From an uncultured Verrucomicrobiae bacterium (lineage in GTDB: Bacteria > Verrucomicrobiota > Verrucomicrobiia > Limisphaerales > Palsa-1400), in contig CAVXRD010000004.1 in assembly GCA_963764165.1 (NCBI GenBank), positions 64,001 to 128,000 of the forward strand: DNA of 64,000 bases, in the 5' to 3' direction. Below are positions 18,765-28,154 of the stretch, one piece after another. Numbering within the stretch: the first letter of the stretch is position 1; each line of letters begins with the position of its first letter. The notes under the pieces were generated by a model. The model searched no databases and had not been told where the DNA came from. It worked only from the letters and a program-made list of their open reading frames with translations. Both the position numbers and the translations under genes were made by a program.

Positions 18765-19733
18765 ATGAAAATCAGCAAATTGAAAATCAGCAGAATTAGT
18801 TTTGCGGTGTTAGCCGCAGTCGTGTCGCCTGCGGCGGCTTTTGGTTGCGCTTGCGGGTGCGGTGTGTTTGATGTCGCCACTCGTTCCATGCTGCCCCAAA
18901 GTCCGGGTTGGATGTTCTTCACGGAGTTCGACTACATGGACCAGAACATGAACTGGAGCGGCGGCCACCCCGCCCCCGCCTATCAAAATGGCGATTCCGA
19001 AATCAAGACCGAGTTTACCACCTACGGTTTGCAATACATGTTTGATCGAGCCTGGGGCCTCCAGCTCGAAGTGCCCTATGATTTCCGAAAATACACGGCC
19101 AACTTTGGCGGTGGATCGACTTCATGGAGCACCGTCGGAGATCTGCGGCTGGAAGGCATCTATACCGGGTTCTTCGAGGATATGTCCGCGGGCGTGACAT
19201 TCGGCGTGAAGTTGCCCACAGGGAATGATAGCTTTGACATTCCCAGTCTCCTTGATCGCGACACGGAAATTGGAACAGGCAGCACGGATGTTCTGCTAGG
19301 CGGCTTTTACCGCCACCCGCTCAAGTCCATCGCGCCCGGCTTGTTTTGGTTCGCGCAACTGCAAACAGACATTCCCGTCCTCACCCAAGGCGGTTACCGT
19401 CCGGGTGTGGAAATTGATTCCTCCATCGGCGTTTACTACCAGGGCCTGTCGATTGGCAAAGTCCAGATAACTCCCGTGGCGCAGGTCATCCCTACGTTGC
19501 GCACCAAGGATACCGGTCCATGGGCGGCGGGCGGCGTGAACGACGCTAGCGTCACCACTCCTACAGAAGTGGATTCCGGCTATCACCGGATGCTGCTCTC
19601 GCCGGGAATCGAATTCGACATCCACCCCGTCATGATATATGCTGACGCTGAATTCGACGATCTTCAGTATTCCAAGGGAAACCAGCTTGTGGCCCCCGTC
19701 CTGTTCAAGGTCGTCGTGAGCTACAAATTCTAA
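18765..19733 (+). CDS. Outer-membrane beta-barrel transporter with N-terminal CACGC motif
   Basis: Signal peptide ending AAAFG then CACGCG; GVKLPTG and GTGSTD motifs; C-terminal VSYKF beta-signal. Confidence 0.75.
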   Translation: MKISKLKISRISFAVLAAVVSPAAAFGCACGCGVFDVATRSMLPQSPGWMFFTEFDYMDQNMNWSGGHPAPAYQNGDSEIKTEFTTYGLQYMFDRAWGLQLEVPYDFRKYTANFGGGSTSWSTVGDLRLEGIYTGFFEDMSAGVTFGVKLPTGNDSFDIPSLLDRDTEIGTGSTDVLLGGFYRHPLKSIAPGLFWFAQLQTDIPVLTQGGYRPGVEIDSSIGVYYQGLSIGKVQITPVAQVIPTLRTKDTGPWAAGGVNDASVTTPTEVDSGYHRMLLSPGIEFDIHPVMIYADAEFDDLQYSKGNQLVAPVLFKVVVSYKF

Positions 19734-19764
19734 CGTTGGGCTGACCCACAGAAAGACTTCATAT

Positions 19765-20502
19765 ATGATGACTCGAAGAAGCGCTTTGAAACTAACAGTT
19801 GCCGCTGCCGCGGTTTGCGCCGCCGCCGGACCCAACCGCATTGTTAACGCTCAAGTTCCACCCGCCCCCGCGGGGACAACCGGCGCCGCTGGACCCTACA
19901 CGGTGCCGCCGCTGCCTTATGCATTTGATGCCTTGGAGCCGCACATCGACGCCCAGACGATGCAAATTCATCATGACAAGCATCACGCCGCCTATGTGGC
20001 CAATCTGAACAAGGCCCTCGCTCCGTTCCCTGAACTTGGAAAAAAGCCAGTCGAAGAATTGGTCAGAGACTTGAGCGCAGTTCCGGAAACGGTCCGCGCC
20101 GCTGTTCGCAACCAGGGAGGCGGCCACTATAACCACTCGTTGTTCTGGCAGATGATGAGCAAGAATGGCGGTGGCGCGCCATCCGGTGAATTGTCGAAGG
20201 CCATCGAGGCTGCGTTTGGCAGTTTCGCCGCCTTCACCGAACAATTCACGAAGGCGGCAACCGGACAATTCGGCAGCGGCTGGGCGTGGCTGGTGCTGGA
20301 TCACGGTCAGCTAAAAATCGAGCCTTCGTCGAATCAAGATTCGCCCGTGAGCGCAGGCAAGCAACCGCTGCTTGGGGTTGATGTTTGGGAGCATGCGTAT
20401 TACCTGAAATACCAGAATCGCCGTCCGGAGTATGTCGCGGCGTGGTTCAAGGTGATTAACTGGGATTTCGTTGCTCACAGGTTCCAAAGCAAGGACGCCT
20501 GA
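19765..20502 (+). CDS. sodA: Mn/Fe superoxide dismutase (Mn-type signature) with Tat signal
   Basis: TRRSALK Tat motif; [27 protein letters not shown]. Confidence 0.92.
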   Translation: MMTRRSALKLTVAAAAVCAAAGPNRIVNAQVPPAPAGTTGAAGPYTVPPLPYAFDALEPHIDAQTMQIHHDKHHAAYVANLNKALAPFPELGKKPVEELVRDLSAVPETVRAAVRNQGGGHYNHSLFWQMMSKNGGGAPSGELSKAIEAAFGSFAAFTEQFTKAATGQFGSGWAWLVLDHGQLKIEPSSNQDSPVSAGKQPLLGVDVWEHAYYLKYQNRRPEYVAAWFKVINWDFVAHRFQSKDA

Positions 20503-20618
20503 CTCCGGGGCGGAACGAGCGACCCTGGCCTCAACCGCCGGTGCGCGGGCTTGCCAAAGGCGCGAGGGTTTGGATAATTGAGAATCGTTGCTGGCGATGA
20601 TTCTCTCACAAACCACTC

Positions 20619-22241
20619 ATGCCTGGTCCGTTGCTTAAACGGGCGTTGAGCGCGCTGCTGCCGATCTTCTGGCTCGCGCTGGCGGGTTGCTCGCCCGCGG
20701 AACCGAAAGCCGGCGTGGTCATCATCAACGGGCCGGATCCCGAAACGCTCGACCCCGCCCTTGGCACGGGCATTGAAGATTTGCGCATTATCAGCGCGTT
20801 GTCCGAAGGATTGACACGCAATGATCCAGATACTTCACGCGCCATTCCCGGGCTAGCCGAGAGTTGGGAGATTTCGCCGGACGGGCTCGTTTACACGTTT
20901 CACTTGCGCGATCACCTCCAGTGGGGCCCGAACGATCCCATCGCGGCGGACGATGTGGTTTATTCCTGGCTGCGGGCGCTGGCGCCGGAAACGGCTTCGG
21001 AATATGCGGGGCAGCTTTATTACATCAAGAATGGCGAGGCTTACAACAGCGGCAAACTCAAGGACGCCGCGCAAGTGGGCGTGAAGGCGCTGGATGCGCG
21101 GACGCTGCGGGTGGAGTTGAATCATCCAACGGCGTTTTTCCTGGAATTGTGCGCGTTTCAAACGCTCGCCGTGGTGCCGCGCAAAGTCATTGATCGCTAC
21201 GGCGAGGATTGGATGCGCGTGAAGCCATTGCCGACCAGCGGGCCGTATCTGCTCGGAGACTGGCGCTTGAATGACAAGATTCGCCTCGTCAAGAACCCGT
21301 ATTATTGGGACGCCGCCAACACGCGCACCGAGATCATCGATTGTCTTCCCATTAGCACGCCGAGCACGGCGCTGAATCTTTATCAGACCGGCGCGGCGGA
21401 TATAATATGGGACCAGGATAATATTCCGAGCGAGTTGCTCGACGTCCTTTCCAAGCGGCCCGATTATCACACGTTCCCCTACATCGGGACCTACTTTCTG
21501 CGTTTCAATGTGACGCGGCCGCCATTCAATGACGCGCGCGTGCGGAAGGCGCTGGCGATGACCATCGACAAAAAGCGTTTGGTGGAGAATTTTCTGCGCG
21601 GCGGCGAGCCGATTGCCGACCATCTTGTCCCCGACGGAACGGCCAATTACGAGGGAGCCAAAGGCTTGGGATACGATCCCGCGCAAGCCAGGCGCCTCCT
21701 GGCCGAAGCGGGATTTCCCGACGGCAAGGGCTTTCCGCATTGCTCGTATCTTTTCGACGCGGCGGCGGGCGGCGGGCAAATCCATTCAAAGGTCGCCGTC
21801 GAATTGCAGCAAATGTGGCAGCAGCAACTTGGCATCCACATTGAATTGCGCCAGATGGAGAAACGCTCCTACATGGTCTCGCAGAACAATCTTGATTACG
21901 ACGTCAGCCGCAGCACGTGGATCGGCGATTACAATGATCCGAACACGTTTCTGGATTTGTTCCGCAGCGACAACGGGAACAACCGCACCGGCTGGAAAAA
22001 CGCCCGTTACGACGCGCTTCTCAACGAGGGCAACAGTCAAGTCGATTTAAAAAAGCGCGCGGAATTGTTAAAGGAGGCCGAAACCATTCTCGTGCACGAC
22101 GAAGCTCCCATCGTTCCGATTTATTTTTATGTGGGCTTCAATTATTACAATCCGGCGCGGATCAAGGGCGTTTATCCGAACATCCTCGACGTGCATCCGC
22201 TGAATGCGATTTATAAAGTCGCAGACACGAAGCCAAATTGA
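20619..22241 (+). CDS. oppA: Peptide ABC transporter substrate-binding lipoprotein (family 5)
   Basis: Lipobox LAGC; PETLDP, LAESWEISPDGLVYTFHLR, WIGDYNDP. Confidence 0.9.
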   Translation: MPGPLLKRALSALLPIFWLALAGCSPAEPKAGVVIINGPDPETLDPALGTGIEDLRIISALSEGLTRNDPDTSRAIPGLAESWEISPDGLVYTFHLRDHLQWGPNDPIAADDVVYSWLRALAPETASEYAGQLYYIKNGEAYNSGKLKDAAQVGVKALDARTLRVELNHPTAFFLELCAFQTLAVVPRKVIDRYGEDWMRVKPLPTSGPYLLGDWRLNDKIRLVKNPYYWDAANTRTEIIDCLPISTPSTALNLYQTGAADIIWDQDNIPSELLDVLSKRPDYHTFPYIGTYFLRFNVTRPPFNDARVRKALAMTIDKKRLVENFLRGGEPIADHLVPDGTANYEGAKGLGYDPAQARRLLAEAGFPDGKGFPHCSYLFDAAAGGGQIHSKVAVELQQMWQQQLGIHIELRQMEKRSYMVSQNNLDYDVSRSTWIGDYNDPNTFLDLFRSDNGNNRTGWKNARYDALLNEGNSQVDLKKRAELLKEAETILVHDEAPIVPIYFYVGFNYYNPARIKGVYPNILDVHPLNAIYKVADTKPN

Positions 22242-22244
22242 GCC

Positions 22245-23159
22245 ATGTATTTCGTCAAACGCATTCTCTTTCTCTTTCCGCTGCTGCTGCTCATCAGCTT
22301 TCTGACGTTTCTGATGGTGCATGCCATGCCGGGGGGGCCGTTTGACCGCGAACGCGCGCCTGCGTCGCCGGAAATCGAGCATCGGCTGCTGGCGAAATAT
22401 CATTTGGACGAGCCGATTCTGAAACAATACGCGCGTTACCTCGGCGGCATTCTGCACGGAGACTTCGGCCCGTCGATGAAATATCGCAATCACACCGTCA
22501 CGGACATCATCGTGGCTGGCCTGCCGGTTTCGTTGACGCTCGGAGGTCTGGCTTTTCTCTGCGCCATTGGCCTCGGATTGCCGCTGGGATTTTTCACGGC
22601 GGTGCGCAAAGGCGGCTGGGGAGATTACACGGGAAGCGTGGTCGCCGCCGTCATCATTTGCGTGCCGAGCCTCGTGATCGGGCCAATTCTCGTGATGCTC
22701 TTTGCAATCAAATGGCGATGGTTCCCCGTTGCGCTTTGGGGTTCGCCGCTGCAAGTCGTTTTGCCAACATTGACGCTTGGTCTTTATTTCGCCGGACGCA
22801 TTGCCCGGCTGGTGCATGAGGGAATGCTCTCGACTCTCCATGCGGAATTTATTACGACGGCGCGGGCGAAGGGATTAAGCGAAACGTCCATTCTCCTGCG
22901 CCACGCCTTTCGAATTGCGGTGCTCCCTGCCCTTTCCTATTCGGGTCCGATGCTGGCGGATTTGCTGACGGGATCGTTTGTGGTGGAAAATCTTTTTCAA
23001 ATTCCGGGGCTTGGCGTTTACACCGTCAACAGTTCGCTCAACGCCGATTACACGATGGCGGTCGGTCTCGTCCTGCTTTACGCCGTGCTGCTGCTGGTGT
23101 TGAACCTGCTGGTGGATTTCGCGCATGGCATTCTTGATCCGCGCGTGCGTTATGAGTGA
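22245..23159 (+). CDS. oppB: Peptide ABC transporter permease
   Basis: PGGPF, GDFGPS, TARAKGL...RHAFR, DPRVR. Confidence 0.92.
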   Translation: MYFVKRILFLFPLLLLISFLTFLMVHAMPGGPFDRERAPASPEIEHRLLAKYHLDEPILKQYARYLGGILHGDFGPSMKYRNHTVTDIIVAGLPVSLTLGGLAFLCAIGLGLPLGFFTAVRKGGWGDYTGSVVAAVIICVPSLVIGPILVMLFAIKWRWFPVALWGSPLQVVLPTLTLGLYFAGRIARLVHEGMLSTLHAEFITTARAKGLSETSILLRHAFRIAVLPALSYSGPMLADLLTGSFVVENLFQIPGLGVYTVNSSLNADYTMAVGLVLLYAVLLLVLNLLVDFAHGILDPRVRYE

Positions 23160-24117
23160 GCAACCGCATCGCAGCCCAAACCAGCGCGCGTGGCGGCGTT
23201 TCTGCCGGAATCGCGGCGCCATCGTTTCGTTATTCTTATTGACGCTGCTTGTGGCGGCGGTGGTGGGCTGGCCGATCTTCCGTACCGGCCCCATCGCGCG
23301 CATTGTGCCAGCGGCCATGAGTTATTTGCCCGACAGCGTTTCGGACGCTCAATTCGCCCCGCCCGGCCGCGAGCATTGGTTCGGCACCGACGCGCATGGG
23401 CGCGATCTTTTGAGCCGCGTCTGCCATGGTTCGACCATTTCGCTGATGGTGGGTTTGGTCGGGGCGGCGGTGAGTTTGATCATCGGAGTTTTGTGGGGCG
23501 CGGTGGCGGGTTATCGAGGCGGCCGATTGGACGGCGTGATGATGCGGTTCGTCGATATTCTCTATGCCATGCCAACCGTCGTGTTTGTCATCGTCCTTGT
23601 GACGGCGATCAATGGGCTGGTCGGAAAATGGCAAACCGGGCCCAAGCCGCTTTCGGACGCCGGCGCGCATGCGCTGCGGTTCGTGGGGTTATTCGTCGGA
23701 TTGGGCGCGGTATCGTGGCTGACAATGGCGCGCATTGTGCGGGGGCAAGTGATTTCACTGCGGCAGCGACCGTTTGTGGACGCGAGCCTTGCCTTGGGCG
23801 CGAGCCACTGGCGCATCATTTGGCGGCACATCCTGCCCAATGTTTACGGTGTTATTATCGTGTATTTGACGCTGCTGATTCCCTCCATCATCCTTTATGA
23901 ATCGTTCCTAAGTTACTTGGGATTGGGAATTCAACCGCCGCAAGCCAGCCTGGGTTCGCTGCTGGCCAGCGGGGCGGAACAAATAAATCCGGTTCGAATC
24001 TACTGGTGGCTGATCGTTTTTCCGGGAGCGATGCTTACGGTGACGCTGCTGGCGTTGACCTTTGTAGGAGATGGGTTGCGGGATGCGTTTGATCCAAGGG
24101 GTGATCGGACGAGTTGA
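23152..24117 (+). CDS. oppC: Peptide ABC transporter permease
   Basis: HWFGTDAHGRDL, RHILPN, ESFLSYLGLG, GDGLRDAFDPR. Confidence 0.92.
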   Translation: MSEQPHRSPNQRAWRRFCRNRGAIVSLFLLTLLVAAVVGWPIFRTGPIARIVPAAMSYLPDSVSDAQFAPPGREHWFGTDAHGRDLLSRVCHGSTISLMVGLVGAAVSLIIGVLWGAVAGYRGGRLDGVMMRFVDILYAMPTVVFVIVLVTAINGLVGKWQTGPKPLSDAGAHALRFVGLFVGLGAVSWLTMARIVRGQVISLRQRPFVDASLALGASHWRIIWRHILPNVYGVIIVYLTLLIPSIILYESFLSYLGLGIQPPQASLGSLLASGAEQINPVRIYWWLIVFPGAMLTVTLLALTFVGDGLRDAFDPRGDRTS

Positions 24118-24125
24118 GGGGCAAC

Positions 24126-24302
24126 GGTAGGGCGAGGCTCCCGCCGAGCCGGTCCCCGTAGCGCAGGTTTCCAAACCTGCCGTATCGAAGGCTTCCAAGC
24201 CTGCATGCCATGATAACGGCAAGCGGGTTTGGAAACCCGCGATACGGCAGACTTGGAAGTCTGCGCTACGTGGGGATGGCTCGGCAGGAGCCTCGCCCTA
24301 CC
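24126..24302. repeat. Nested GTAG-type REP elements (outer family D, inner family E)
   Basis: Outer GGTAGGGCGAGGCTCCCGCCGAGCC / GGCTCGGCAGGAGCCTCGCCCTACC; inner CGTAGCGCAGGTTTCCAAACCTGCCGTATCG / CGATACGGCAGACTTGGAAGTCTGCGCTACG (24157-24270). Confidence 0.85.
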
Positions 24303-24372
24303 GCATTTTGTGGAGAGTTCGAGTGGTGGATTTTTCGGGATTCTCGTTGGCAAATTTGGCATCCTGCGCTTA

Positions 24373-24753
24373 ATGGATGGCACAAGTTCAGTGCGGATGG
24401 ACAAATGGCTTTGGGCAGTGCGCGTTTTTAAGACGCGCAGCCTGGCGACCGACGCCTGCCGACACGGTCATGTCACGATCAGTGGGCTGCCGGTGAAACC
24501 GGCGCGGGAGGTGCGCGTGGGCGAAATTATCATTGTCCGGAAGGATGAAATCATGCGGCAATTCAAAGTTCTGCAATTGCTGGGACAGCGCGTGGGCGCG
24601 CCGAAAGTGGCTGAATTCGCCGAGGATCAAACTTCGTCGGAAGAATTGCAAAAACGCCGCGAGCCGAATCTGAAGCCATATATTTTCCGCCCGAAAGGAG
24701 CGGGAAGGCCCACGAAGAAAGAGCGCAGGCAGATGGACAAGCTGGCCTACTGA
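24373..24753 (+). CDS. hslR: Ribosome-associated heat shock protein Hsp15 (S4 domain)
   Basis: RMDKWLWAVRVFKTRSLA...GRPTKKERR. Confidence 0.9.
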   Translation: MDGTSSVRMDKWLWAVRVFKTRSLATDACRHGHVTISGLPVKPAREVRVGEIIIVRKDEIMRQFKVLQLLGQRVGAPKVAEFAEDQTSSEELQKRREPNLKPYIFRPKGAGRPTKKERRQMDKLAY

Positions 24754-24784
24754 TTATGGCTGCACAGTGTTCGCGCCGCTCCCG

Positions 24785-24826
24785 ATGGGAAGAATGGGAG
24801 GAAGGCGAATTATGGGAATTATGGGA
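24785..24826. repeat. 9-bp-period ATGGGA tandem repeat
   Basis: ATGGGA at 24785, 24794, 24812 and 24821. Confidence 0.55.
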
Positions 24827-24833
24827 CGCCCGA

Positions 24834-26165
24834 TTAATTTTTGGCCGCCACCACGATCTTCTCCGGGCGATACCCACCCTTCGCCCGGTCGCGCAGCCAG
24901 ATTGCGCCGAAGACGACCAGCAGAATCGCGGGCAGAATGGCCACCACGCGGAATGTATAGGAGCCGGCGTGCGCCAGAATGTCATCCATTTTCGGACCCG
25001 GCTGCAATGCCTGGAAGGCCGCATCGCCGCCAGCTTGCTGGATTTTCGCGCGATCATAAATTTTGCCCAATTGCGGGAGCACCAGATAAACCGAGAGCGT
25101 CCCCGCCGTCCCCATCAATCCTATCAGCAGCGCTCCGCCGCGCGGAAATCGCTCCGACGCGCTGGCCAGCATGGTTGGCCACATATAACAGACACCCGTG
25201 CCCCAAACCGTCGCGGCGAGGAAACCCGTCACCGGTGAATTCGCGTAACTCAGCAGGAACAATCCAAGGGACGCCATCAAGCACGAAATCCAAAGCAAAC
25301 CAATCGGCGAAAGCCTGTGGGCAATCGGACCGGCAAAATGCCGCATGCAAAACATCAGCGCGCTGACGTATACCAGCAGCGCAATCCCCTTGATGCCGAC
25401 CGTCCGCGTCAGCGCCATGTTGACCCATTCGCCTGGAGCGAGTTCCGAGGATGCCGTCAAGAACATGCAGCAAAAGAGAAGAAGAAAGAGCGGTTGCGCA
25501 AGCTGGCCCCACATTTCTTTGGCGGGAACGCCCGCCGCCACGCGTTCGGTGGGCGGAAATTTTTGAGTCAAGGCCCAGATTCCGAAAATCGCGGCGGGCA
25601 GCATGACAATCGCCATTTGAATTTCCCATGCGACTTCCAGTTTGCTCAAGCCCAGCCCCAGCAATCCGCCAATAATAATTCCGCCCGGCCACCAAGCGTG
25701 GAGAGTATTCAACCGTCCGGTTTTCTCCTCTGGATACAGCGTCGCGGTCAAGGGATTGACCACCGTCTCCACCAGTCCCCAGCCCAGCCCAATAATGAAC
25801 ATGCCCGCCTTCACCATTTGGAAAACCGAAATGAGTCCGTGAATTTGCGGAGCGAAAATAACCATCGCCGTCCCGATGATGAAACACGATGCGGAAACCA
25901 CCAGCAGCCGGCCCATGCCAATGTAATCGAGCAGTGGACTGCCGATGGCAATCACCATCGCGAAACCAAGGAACGGCAGACCCAGCGCCTCGCCCACCAT
26001 GGAGGCCGATTGAAGTTTATCGATGTTGTCGAAGACTTTTTGCAGGTCAGTGGCGACATTGCCGCGAATGACGAATCCAATTCCGGCGGTCACCAGCGCC
26101 ATGACGCTGATCCAGAACAATTGGGCTTTGTGAGTGTTCGATACGGTTGAGGGCGTTGGTTCCAT
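24834..26165 (-). CDS. MFS transporter (sugar-type)
   Basis: About 12 hydrophobic segments; DYIGMGRL motif A-like; LHAWWPGG. Confidence 0.88.
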   Translation of the reverse strand: MEPTPSTVSNTHKAQLFWISVMALVTAGIGFVIRGNVATDLQKVFDNIDKLQSASMVGEALGLPFLGFAMVIAIGSPLLDYIGMGRLLVVSASCFIIGTAMVIFAPQIHGLISVFQMVKAGMFIIGLGWGLVETVVNPLTATLYPEEKTGRLNTLHAWWPGGIIIGGLLGLGLSKLEVAWEIQMAIVMLPAAIFGIWALTQKFPPTERVAAGVPAKEMWGQLAQPLFLLLFCCMFLTASSELAPGEWVNMALTRTVGIKGIALLVYVSALMFCMRHFAGPIAHRLSPIGLLWISCLMASLGLFLLSYANSPVTGFLAATVWGTGVCYMWPTMLASASERFPRGGALLIGLMGTAGTLSVYLVLPQLGKIYDRAKIQQAGGDAAFQALQPGPKMDDILAHAGSYTFRVVAILPAILLVVFGAIWLRDRAKGGYRPEKIVVAAKN

Positions 26166-26278
26166 AACAATTTATTGCTCGCAAAAATGGGTTAACGGGT
26201 GGGAGTGAACCCGATGCCCCCAATGCAAGTCAACGAAAAAGGTGATGTTGGCGGCGGCAGGGACAAGACTGCCAATCC

Positions 26279-26344
26279 GTCCCCGTTGGTCCTATAAGTC
26301 CCATTAGTCCTATTTTCATGGAAGGAATGGGAATAATGGGACGG
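26279..26344. repeat. Inverted array of the same 9-bp GTCCCAT/ATGGGAC unit
   Basis: GTCCTATAA GTCCCATTA GTCCTATTT facing ATGGAAGGA ATGGGAATA ATGGGAC. Confidence 0.55.
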
Positions 26345-26444
26345 CGAGGAATTTTCCGTGCTTGTGCCGGGGACGCGTGGCAAACTAATTTTAGGCATCG
26401 GCAACGGGCGACGGAGTTAAGGCTCCGTTGGGATTTGCAGCCTG

Positions 26445-27404
26445 ATGATGATTGAAGTTTCCAATTTGACGAAAAATTACGCTGGTCGCACCGCCGTATC
26501 GGACATCTCCTTCGAGGTTCAGCGAGGGGAGATCGTCGGCCTGCTCGGGCCCAATGGGGCCGGGAAGAGCACGACCATGCGCATTCTTTCCGGGTTCATC
26601 CCTGCAAGCGCCGGCACGGTCAAAGTGGCGGGCTATGATGTTTTTACGCAAGCTGACGAGGTGCGCCGCCGTATTGGCTACATGCCGGAAAATAATCCGC
26701 TCCACCCGGACATGCGGGTGCGGGAGTACCTGAAATTTCGCGCGCGGCTGAAAGGCTTGAGCATCGCCAAGTCGCGTGATCGCATTGATGCGGTCATCAC
26801 TCAATGCAGTTTGCAAAATGTCAGCAAGCGCATCATCGGCCATTTGTCCAAGGGCTACCGCCAGCGCGTTGGCCTGGCGGATGCGCTGGTGCATGAGCCG
26901 GAATTAATTATTTTGGACGAACCCACGATTGGCCTGGATCCGAGCCAGATTCGCAGCGTGCGGCAATTGATCAAGGATTTGGGCAAACGCCACACCGTCC
27001 TGCTCTCAAGCCACATTTTGCCGGAAATTGAATTGACGTGCAATCGGGTGCTCATCATGCGCGAAGGGCGGATTCTCGCCTCGGACACGCCGGAGAATTT
27101 GCAGAAGTCGGTGGGCAAAAGCGGGCGGCTCATTGCGGAAATTGCCGCGCCGCTGGAGGAATTAAAGATATGCTGGGAGCAGATGCCTGAATTGTCGCAT
27201 TACACGATTTTGCCCACGGATGAATCTTACCATCGGTGCTCGCTGACGCTGGCGCCTTCGACCACATCCGATTTGCGCCCGAAGATTTTTGCGCTGGTCA
27301 TGGCGCGCGGATGGAAATTGCGCGAACTTTCGCGCGTCCGGCATTCGCTGGAGGAAGTCTACATCCGCCTCACCCGCCCGGAAAGCGAGGAAGAGAAATT
27401 CTGA
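26445..27404 (+). CDS. ABC transporter ATP-binding protein (GldA-like)
   Basis: GPNGAGKS, LSKGYRQR, LDEPT, SSH. Confidence 0.92.
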   Translation: MMIEVSNLTKNYAGRTAVSDISFEVQRGEIVGLLGPNGAGKSTTMRILSGFIPASAGTVKVAGYDVFTQADEVRRRIGYMPENNPLHPDMRVREYLKFRARLKGLSIAKSRDRIDAVITQCSLQNVSKRIIGHLSKGYRQRVGLADALVHEPELIILDEPTIGLDPSQIRSVRQLIKDLGKRHTVLLSSHILPEIELTCNRVLIMREGRILASDTPENLQKSVGKSGRLIAEIAAPLEELKICWEQMPELSHYTILPTDESYHRCSLTLAPSTTSDLRPKIFALVMARGWKLRELSRVRHSLEEVYIRLTRPESEEEKF

Positions 27405-28153
27405 TGCAGGCTTTCCTGACCTTGACCCGGCGCGAACTGGGCAGTTTTTTTTACTCGTGGATTGGCTACGTTGTCATCACCGGCGCGATGTTCCTGATGG
27501 GGCTGGAGTTCGTGACGCTCGTCAAGAAATTGCAAGGCGAACCGACCGCCATTCCGTTGACGGAAATCTTTCTCAGCTTCTGCTTTTGGGTGATCGTTTT
27601 GTTCTCCGCTCCAATCATCACGATGCGGTTGTTCGCGCTGGAGAAATACTCGGGGACGTTTGAGACGCTGATGACCACACCCGTTTCCGATGGGCAGGTG
27701 GTGCTGGCGAAATTCACCGCTTCGATGATATTTTACATGCTGATGTGGCTGCCGTTTGCGGCATGCGTGCTGGTGTTGCGCTATTTCGCCCGCGGCTCCA
27801 ACCTGCTCGACCCCGGGACGCTCGGCAGCACGTATCTTGGGATTTTCCTGATCGGCTGCCTTTACATGGCGGCGGGATGCTTCGCCTCGTCGCTGACGAA
27901 GAGCCAGATTGTGGCGGCGATGATCAGCTTCGCCTTCGGGCTGGGATTTTTCCTGACCGGGTTCATGGCGGATCCAATGGCGTTGGATCGCGGCTGGGTT
28001 GAGGAAGTGATCAATTGCGTCAATGTCGTGGGCCAGATGAAGGATTTTGCCAGCGGCGTGGTGGATACAAGAGCGATTGTCTTTTGCGCAACGACATCGG
28101 TGTTTTTCCTGTTCCTGACCTGCCGCGTCCTGGAAAGCCGGCGCTGGAAATAA
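27404..28153 (+). CDS. ABC-2 type permease (GldF-like)
   Basis: RRELGSFF, TMRLFALEKYSGTFETLMTTP, ESRRWK; overlaps upstream stop. Confidence 0.88.
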   Translation: MQAFLTLTRRELGSFFYSWIGYVVITGAMFLMGLEFVTLVKKLQGEPTAIPLTEIFLSFCFWVIVLFSAPIITMRLFALEKYSGTFETLMTTPVSDGQVVLAKFTASMIFYMLMWLPFAACVLVLRYFARGSNLLDPGTLGSTYLGIFLIGCLYMAAGCFASSLTKSQIVAAMISFAFGLGFFLTGFMADPMALDRGWVEEVINCVNVVGQMKDFASGVVDTRAIVFCATTSVFFLFLTCRVLESRRWK

Positions 28154-28154
28154 C

